A stretch of 64,000 nt of DNA, from positions 1,056,001 to 1,120,000 of the forward strand of contig OY760505.1 in the NCBI GenBank assembly GCA_963663545.1, in the 5' to 3' direction. The translations under genes were made by a program, and so were the position numbers. Source of the DNA: Candidatus Delongbacteria bacterium. Lineage in GTDB: Bacteria; CAIWAD01. Positions 58,234-64,000 of this stretch are shown piece by piece. The notes beneath the pieces are model-generated. The model was not told where the DNA came from. It worked only from the letters and a program-made list of their open reading frames with translations, and ran no database searches. Numbering within the stretch: position 1 is the first letter of the stretch; each line of letters opens with the position of its first letter.

Positions 58234-60300
58234 TCAGTTCGATTGGATATCCACCAACAACTCCGACCCTGGCTCCTGGGCCGAAATCATCAGGAATTCG
58301 CGAGCGCGCGTGCAGGCCACGTAGAGCAAGTTTCCCTCCGTGCGCAGAATCTCATCCAACTCGGCTTCGCTGGCGGCAGTCTCCACGCGGGATTGCAGCG
58401 GCAGTAGATCCTCGTTGCAAGACAGCACAGCAACGGCGCGGAACTCCAGTCCCTTGGCCAGATGCATGTTGGTCACACTCACACTGTCGGCGCGCAGATC
58501 CAGCTTCTCATCCAGCAGACAGATCTTCAGGTCACGGTCGGCGAGCTGTCGGGTAACAACCGCTGCCAACTCCTGCGTGCGCACAAAGAGCGCGATCTCG
58601 CCTAAGGCAATGCCCTTCTCCTGCAACTCGCGTACCCAGTGGATGGCATGCTCCAGCTCCTCCTCTGCAGAGGCGAAGGTATGTATCACGGGCTCGGGAC
58701 CATTGAAGGCGGACACGGTGCCGTGGCGCTCTTCGAGATTGCCGTCCACGTCCTGCAGTTCGGTAGGCAACAGACGATCGGCCTGCTGGCGAATCTGGTG
58801 GCTGGTGCGGTAGTTCACGCGTAGCACGCTGGAGCGTCCACACACATCCACACCCAGGGCTTTCCAGGAAAAGGGTGGCTGAAAAATGCGTTGCCCCAGA
58901 TCGCCGGCAAAGAACAGGCTGTTGGGCTGGTTTCTGCTCAGGGCCGCCAGCAAGCGCAGCTGGTAGACGTTGAGGTCCTGCGCCTCGTCCACAATGATGC
59001 AATCGAAAGGCTGGTGGTCGGCCTGCGCAGCAGCGAGCGCAACCTCGTGATACAACTGGGCCAGCGTGACACGCTGCTCGTTCTTCAGATCCTCAAGCAG
59101 CAGCTTGTACACGCTCCACAGTGCCAGCCTGCGTCCTTCAGGCAAACGGCTCTTGCGCCCCAGACGCGCAATGTCGCGGTACTCTTCCCAGGTCGCTAGG
59201 CCCCAGGCATCCACAACGTGAGACCATTCTTCCCAGACGAACTCCTGCGAAAAGCCAAGATCTTCGTGTTGTGATACAAGCTCACGCAATCGCTCGCGCA
59301 CCTTTTCTGAGATCACCAACTCATGCTGAAGGCCTGTGCGTCGTGCCGTGCGCTGCACCAGCTGATCTAGCGTCAGCAGCTCAAGCCGCTCCATCACGGC
59401 GGGTTCCTGCACGGCCAAGCGCTTCATGCGACTCTGTAGCGCACGCAGCAGCGGTTCAGAGAATGTAGTCAGTAACACATGGGATTCAGGATGCCTGCGG
59501 GCAAACTCGAAGGCACGGTGCAGGGCCACCACCGTTTTGCCCGTACCCGCCGAGCCGGATACGCGCGCCGGACCATTGAACTCGCGTTCCACCAGCTCAC
59601 GCTGGCTGGGATGCAGAAAGACCGTCCACTGATGCCAGGGTGCATCCAGCGCCATCTCCAGCTCCTCGCGATTGCTCAGCAGACGGAAGCGGCGTTGCGC
59701 GTCGGGGTGATCGAAGGGATTTGTGTCACGACGTATCACCGGCGCAGCGGGTGTTTCCCCAGTGGCCAGCAGCAGCAAAGCCTCGGCTGCCTCGTCCGGC
59801 AGCTTCTCCAGCAGTTCGAAGAGGTTGGACTCGGTGGCCTGCAGCAGGTCCGGCACCCACTCCTCCGGCGCGCCGTACTGCAGGAGCGTGTCCTCGGCAA
59901 GGCCTTGAAAGCACAGCGGACTGGCGTGCTCCACGTGCTCGATCACCACAGTCTTGTGGATCACGCGGGTTTCCTCGCGCAACTCCACCAGCTGTGCCGC
60001 ACCCGTTGTGGGATGTGTCACCAGTTTGCGTCGCTCGGCCCAGTGATAGGCTTTGTCGTGGTGATCGACGTAACACAACAGCAGGTTGCCCTCGCTGCGG
60101 TGAACGATCAGGCGCAGATCGTCACTGACGCGCACCGACCAGAAGCCCTTGTCCCGAACCCGCTCCAGCTTGTGAAAGGACATGCCGGGGTTCGCCGGAT
60201 TGAGCTGCAAATCGAAGGCCGTTGTCTTGACCGCCTTCTGCTCCTCTCCGGTGAGTCTGGCCAGGCTGCTGGTGAAGGTGTCGGCGATGCGGAAGTTCAT
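58234..60300 (-). CDS. UvrD/Rep-like SF1 helicase with an N-terminal RelE-like domain
   Basis: GSAGTGKT, VDEAQD, GDLGQRIF, NYRT, HLAKGLEF, YVACTRAR; N-terminal WSVRVSDDLRLIV. Confidence 0.85.
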   Translation of the reverse strand: MNFRIADTFTSSLARLTGEEQKAVKTTAFDLQLNPANPGMSFHKLERVRDKGFWSVRVSDDLRLIVHRSEGNLLLCYVDHHDKAYHWAERRKLVTHPTTGAAQLVELREETRVIHKTVVIEHVEHASPLCFQGLAEDTLLQYGAPEEWVPDLLQATESNLFELLEKLPDEAAEALLLLATGETPAAPVIRRDTNPFDHPDAQRRFRLLSNREELEMALDAPWHQWTVFLHPSQRELVEREFNGPARVSGSAGTGKTVVALHRAFEFARRHPESHVLLTTFSEPLLRALQSRMKRLAVQEPAVMERLELLTLDQLVQRTARRTGLQHELVISEKVRERLRELVSQHEDLGFSQEFVWEEWSHVVDAWGLATWEEYRDIARLGRKSRLPEGRRLALWSVYKLLLEDLKNEQRVTLAQLYHEVALAAAQADHQPFDCIIVDEAQDLNVYQLRLLAALSRNQPNSLFFAGDLGQRIFQPPFSWKALGVDVCGRSSVLRVNYRTSHQIRQQADRLLPTELQDVDGNLEERHGTVSAFNGPEPVIHTFASAEEELEHAIHWVRELQEKGIALGEIALFVRTQELAAVVTRQLADRDLKICLLDEKLDLRADSVSVTNMHLAKGLEFRAVAVLSCNEDLLPLQSRVETAASEAELDEILRTEGNLLYVACTRAREFLMISAQEPGSELLVDIQSN

Positions 60301-60301
60301 C

Positions 60302-60922
60302 TCAGTTCCCCTCTGGCAGACTCAGCTTCTCAACCAGGCGATACACCGTGGTGATGCGGTGGCCCCAGGGCAAGGGATCGTTATAGTCCTTGTCCTCTAA
60401 CTTGGCGCGGTGAATCGCCTGCCGAATGTGTTGTGGGCAGATCTTCCGCATATCGGGCGACTTCTCGTAGTCGGGCATGTACATCCGCAAACGCTTCCTG
60501 ATCGAGTCTTTTGCGCTTACACGAGCTCTCTCGAAGTGCAATAGAAGCCATAGTTCGAAACACGGCCAGCTGAATGCGATGTGATGCCTTTTGTCACAAC
60601 GCTCCCAAGACAGCAGCTCGTCGAAGTCTCTCTTGTGACGACTATCATTATCCACTACAAGCCAAGCCTCGTCTCCCTTCTCCAGCGGATTCGACTTCAA
60701 GTAGCTCCCCATGCGCGCTAGTACGTTTCGAGGAGAGCTCTTGTCATCTCCCTGTATCACGTGAATGTGATTTGTAGAGTCTAGACACCCCAAAGCTCTG
60801 AAGTACTGCGGCTCAGTTTTCCGTCCCTCAACGGAGAGTACGAATCGCCTTTGAACATGCCGTACAACCTCACGCCGCCGTGCAGGAAATCGCGTTTGCC
60901 CTGCTCTCTTTCTAGCTGTCAT
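60302..60922 (-). CDS. RloB/AbiLii-like TOPRIM-fold protein
   Basis: VEGRKTEPQYF, WLVVDND, SWPCFELWLLLHF, YEK. Confidence 0.88.
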   Translation of the reverse strand: MTARKRAGQTRFPARRREVVRHVQRRFVLSVEGRKTEPQYFRALGCLDSTNHIHVIQGDDKSSPRNVLARMGSYLKSNPLEKGDEAWLVVDNDSRHKRDFDELLSWERCDKRHHIAFSWPCFELWLLLHFERARVSAKDSIRKRLRMYMPDYEKSPDMRKICPQHIRQAIHRAKLEDKDYNDPLPWGHRITTVYRLVEKLSLPEGN

Positions 60923-60926
60923 GCTC

Positions 60927-62216
60927 TCACTTCAAAATTGTCCCCAAGCGAGGCACGCCACCCAGGCGTCCCTGCAAGTATTGCTTCCGCAGATCCTTGT
61001 CGAAGCGGTGCTTGAAGTCCGCAACGGAATAGAGGGTTGTAGCGCCCTGATAATCTCGCTCCGTCAGCCACATTTCGTCACGTCGCAGCAGGCTTTGATC
61101 CATCTGCAGAATGTCATGTGTAGTGAACAAGAGCTGGTTACGTGATTCCTCGCTGCAAGCGGCCAGGTAGAACTCCAGCAAGTGGCGTGTCAAGTGTGTA
61201 TGGAACCTTACTCCGATCTCATCTATGACATATACACGGGGATGCGACAACTCGGTCAACTGCAAGAAGGCTGGAATCAGGTCTAATGCACGAATGGAGC
61301 CATCCGATTCCATACCTAAACCAAAAGCCACTCTCTTGCCTTTGCAGCTCGAGTGAATCGCTGTCAGCTTTCGAGCAATTGGCTGCCCATCAACGTATGA
61401 CACAGTAAATCGGTCAGGGCCAATGTCACCAGCAAGAACCTGATCTTCTGCTAGCTCAGCCAACTCTTGGTCAAGAATCTCTTTGGGGATCATCAGGGAT
61501 TCAATGGGAACCACTTCTTCCCCGATCGCATCGATGTTAGTGTCCAACCCACGCAGTAACTCTTCGAACTTCTCCTTCCATTCCGACTCCGTACCAACCA
61601 AACGACCGAACTTGCGGTACCGTGACGTTGGATCTAGGGTTACTAATGTGTCACGGAACCAATTGAAAATGGGCCGGAACATGTCATGGTTCTGCGCAAT
61701 CAGGTTGTGTAATAAGAGCTGGTTCGAACGAGTGCCTTGAGCGATGAACCGCAGCCGATCCAAATCCTCTGGTTCAATACACCACTCAACCGGGCGACCG
61801 TTTCGCCGGGCAAATAGCAACCCTTCACGTTCACTTGCTAACGTCTCTTCTAGAACGGCAAGCTTCGTGACAGAAAAGGAGTACTCATACAGATCATCGC
61901 CAGCGAGCAACTGGATACTGAAAACAGTGGGTTTCTCTGCAAATTCCTCGTCCAGTAGAAAAGGAATGGTGTGAATCTGTTGATCGGGCTGTGTCCCGTG
62001 GACGACAAGCCGACGCACAAATCGCAGCGCAAGAAAGAGATTAGTCTTTCCTGAGGCATTGCCTCCATAGATCGCAGCAATCGGCAGCAGGTTCAGCTTG
62101 TGCTTTTGGGAGCGCGGCACGCGCTCCTTATGCTGGCGCTCGCGGCTAGCCACCATGCTCAAGGTGGCCTCGTCGCGGAAAGAGAGCCAGTTCTGGACGC
62201 GGAATTCCACTAACAT
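60927..62216 (-). CDS. ABC-type AAA ATPase (RloA/AbiLi-like)
   Basis: FRVQNWLSF, Walker A YGGNASGKTN, ESDGS signature, IDE, FTTHD, RRDEMW, YLQGRLGGVP. Confidence 0.88.
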   Translation of the reverse strand: MLVEFRVQNWLSFRDEATLSMVASRERQHKERVPRSQKHKLNLLPIAAIYGGNASGKTNLFLALRFVRRLVVHGTQPDQQIHTIPFLLDEEFAEKPTVFSIQLLAGDDLYEYSFSVTKLAVLEETLASEREGLLFARRNGRPVEWCIEPEDLDRLRFIAQGTRSNQLLLHNLIAQNHDMFRPIFNWFRDTLVTLDPTSRYRKFGRLVGTESEWKEKFEELLRGLDTNIDAIGEEVVPIESLMIPKEILDQELAELAEDQVLAGDIGPDRFTVSYVDGQPIARKLTAIHSSCKGKRVAFGLGMESDGSIRALDLIPAFLQLTELSHPRVYVIDEIGVRFHTHLTRHLLEFYLAACSEESRNQLLFTTHDILQMDQSLLRRDEMWLTERDYQGATTLYSVADFKHRFDKDLRKQYLQGRLGGVPRLGTILK

Positions 62217-62393
62217 GATTTACCCCAAAGGTGAGATTTTCACAACTGCAAGCCACAGTGTAAGCAAATCTCGGCGCAATCTCAGCCTAAAAGTGAGAAT
62301 CTCACATTTCACACATGTCTCTTTCCTTTAGCTCGTTATCCTGCTGGTCAGGAATTCATGCAACTGCAGATCGTGCGCCTTTGCGTGTCGCCC

Positions 62394-63443
62394 TTAAACC
62401 TCCTCGAGCAGAGCAACGATCTCCTCGGGGCTCGGCAGCTGATCCTGCAGCGCCGCTGGCAGCGTGGACGTGATCTGGTAGGTGGCAACGCCAATGGGCT
62501 TGCGCGAATCCCGCAGCGCATACTCCACAATCGTGCGGCTCTTCTCTTTGCAGAGGATGATGCCAATAGAAGCCTCTTCGTCCGGCTGCCTTACCCGATT
62601 GTCCAAGGCAGCTAGATAGAACTGCATCTTGCCCACGAACTCGGGCTGGAACTCGCCGATCTTCAACTCGAGGGCCACGAGGCAGCGCAGACGCCGGTGG
62701 AAGAGCAGCAAGTCGATGAAGAATTCCCTGCCATCCACCTCCAGCCGATACTGGCTGCCCATGAAGGCAAACATGCCGCCCATGGCACGCAGAAAATCCT
62801 CCATGCGAGTGATCAGCGCTCGCTCCAACTCGCGCTCGCTGTGCTGCTCGCCCAACTCCAGAAAATCAGAAGTGTACTCGTCCTTCACCGCCAGCTTGGC
62901 CTGCTTGCGCAGCTCAGGGCTGAGCGCTTGATCGAAGTTGGTCTGGCCGGTCAGCGATTTCTGGTAGCTCTGGTTCTCGATCTGGTGCACGAGCACTCTC
63001 TTCGACCAACCAAGCTTGCGCGTCATGCGCATGTAGAACTCCCGCTCCAGCGGATCCTTGCACTTGCTCAGGATGACGAGATTGTGTGCCCATGCGATTT
63101 CTCCAACCAGCGGTTGGAGTCTTTCGCAATCACGGTATTCGGTATAAAGCTGGCGCATATACCAGAGGTTCTGCTCCGAGAACCCACCAACACCGGGGAA
63201 CTCCTGTTTCAGATCTGCAGACAGGTGTACGACAACCGCGCGGCCCCAGCCCTCCTGTTCCTGCTTCTCTACAATCAGGCGGCCGATGTCCCAGTACAGG
63301 CCGACCAGTTGCTGATTGACCGCCCGTAGCGCCTGCAGCTGCGAGGCACGAACACGCTCCTTTACGTCATGCAATAACTTGCCGTAGTCGCGTGGGAGGC
63401 CAGACTTCGGCGACAGGTCCAAATCCGATCCAGTCATGAGCAC
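62394..63443 (-). CDS. YhcG/DUF1016 family PD-(D/E)XK nuclease
   Basis: YWDIG, GFSEQNLWYM, KDEY, IDLLLFHRRLRCLVALELK, GKMQFY, IGIILC. Confidence 0.9.
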   Translation of the reverse strand: MLMTGSDLDLSPKSGLPRDYGKLLHDVKERVRASQLQALRAVNQQLVGLYWDIGRLIVEKQEQEGWGRAVVVHLSADLKQEFPGVGGFSEQNLWYMRQLYTEYRDCERLQPLVGEIAWAHNLVILSKCKDPLEREFYMRMTRKLGWSKRVLVHQIENQSYQKSLTGQTNFDQALSPELRKQAKLAVKDEYTSDFLELGEQHSERELERALITRMEDFLRAMGGMFAFMGSQYRLEVDGREFFIDLLLFHRRLRCLVALELKIGEFQPEFVGKMQFYLAALDNRVRQPDEEASIGIILCKEKSRTIVEYALRDSRKPIGVATYQITSTLPAALQDQLPSPEEIVALLEEV

Positions 63444-63449
63444 CTTCTC

Positions 63450-64000
63450 CTACACCCGACACACCTTCATCACCTCGTCGCCCAGGTGGTTGATCACCTT
63501 GATAGCGATGCGTCCGCTGGCCGGTTTGGGGAATGGCCGTGAAACATCGCTGTGCAGGCTCGCCCAGGCCTCCTCGTCGATCTCGGCGCGCAGGGTGGTC
63601 TTGAGGGATTTGTAGGGATCGTTGGCGCCCAGGAAGTAGGCGTGGCGCACAAAGAAGCTCTCGCTGTTGTAGTCGGTGTCGATGAACCAGCAGGCGATGC
63701 CGTCCGGGTCGTCGCTGCGAATCTCGCCCTTGCTGGGATCAAAAACGTCCACGCCCGTGATACGCACGCGCAGCATGGGTTCGCCTTCCACCGCGAGCTC
63801 TTCCAGCTCGAACTCGGGCTCGCCGAAGACGACGAAGAGGTTGCCCTGGCCCGTGTTCTTGAGATCGCCCGCCATGTGCAGGTCGGCGTTCATGCGCGCC
63901 TTGAGCACGTGCACCTTGCCCAGCTTGTCGAACTCGGTGGAATGCGCGTCAAAACTGAAAGCGCAGGCGATGAGGATGTCGAAGCCGGCCTCTGACGCCT
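63450..64000 (-). CDS. 3' end of a site-specific adenine DNA methyltransferase (type III Mod-like); 5' part lies outside the window
   Basis: Frame stays open to the window edge; ARMNADL...LFVVFGEP, WFIDTDYN..SFFVRHAYF, GRIAIKVINHLGDEVMKV. Confidence 0.8.
   Translation of the reverse strand, partial: ASEAGFDILIACAFSFDAHSTEFDKLGKVHVLKARMNADLHMAGDLKNTGQGNLFVVFGEPEFELEELAVEGEPMLRVRITGVDVFDPSKGEIRSDDPDGIACWFIDTDYNSESFFVRHAYFLGANDPYKSLKTTLRAEIDEEAWASLHSDVSRPFPKPASGRIAIKVINHLGDEVMKVCRV

Larger units (their letters stand above)
3548..63763. repeat. Dispersed over-represented heptamer GTATCAC/GTGATAC (variant GTGTCAC/GTGACAC)
   Basis: About 100 exact copies by hand count plus about 30 copies of the variant, in both orientations, in coding and intergenic DNA. 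Confidence 0.9.

Noticed and set aside
63450..64000. The Mod methyltransferase as the cause of the GTATCAC enrichment
   Set aside because: Its specificity region is outside the window, it lies in an accessory island, and R-M sites are not normally enriched; cannot be supported from this sequence

Overview
Bacterial genomic window, moderately GC-rich, most likely from an FCB-superphylum lineage (inference: many proteins end in T9SS-type 'NYPNPFNP...K' sorting tails). Layout: (1) 1-18.5 kb, five tandem secreted T9SS-cargo genes, including two ~2100-aa paralogues; (2) a REP-associated tyrosine transposase and an intact comM/yifB; (3) housekeeping and envelope genes: sirtuin, RluA, SAM-methyltransferase, two tandem TonB-receptor/lipoprotein pairs, hflKC, a four-gene 2-oxoacid dehydrogenase operon, a QueD-like gene, a C10 protease, Fur/PerR plus peroxiredoxin, a beta-helix protein and lipoprotein/beta-barrel pairs; (4) two apparently damaged secreted-protein genes (a multiheme cytochrome c with an in-frame TAG, and an LRR protein with a frameshifted signal peptide); (5) a structured non-coding segment, then a defence island (type III-like Mod, YhcG nuclease, AAA ATPase plus RloB, RelE-like/UvrD helicase, PLD nuclease) running off the right end. 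The most striking signal is not a gene. The asymmetric heptamer GTATCAC/GTGATAC occurs about 100 times by hand count, against roughly 7 expected, on both strands and mostly inside genes, like a HIP1- or DUS-type genome-wide signal. All calls come from reading motifs by eye; no database searches were run.
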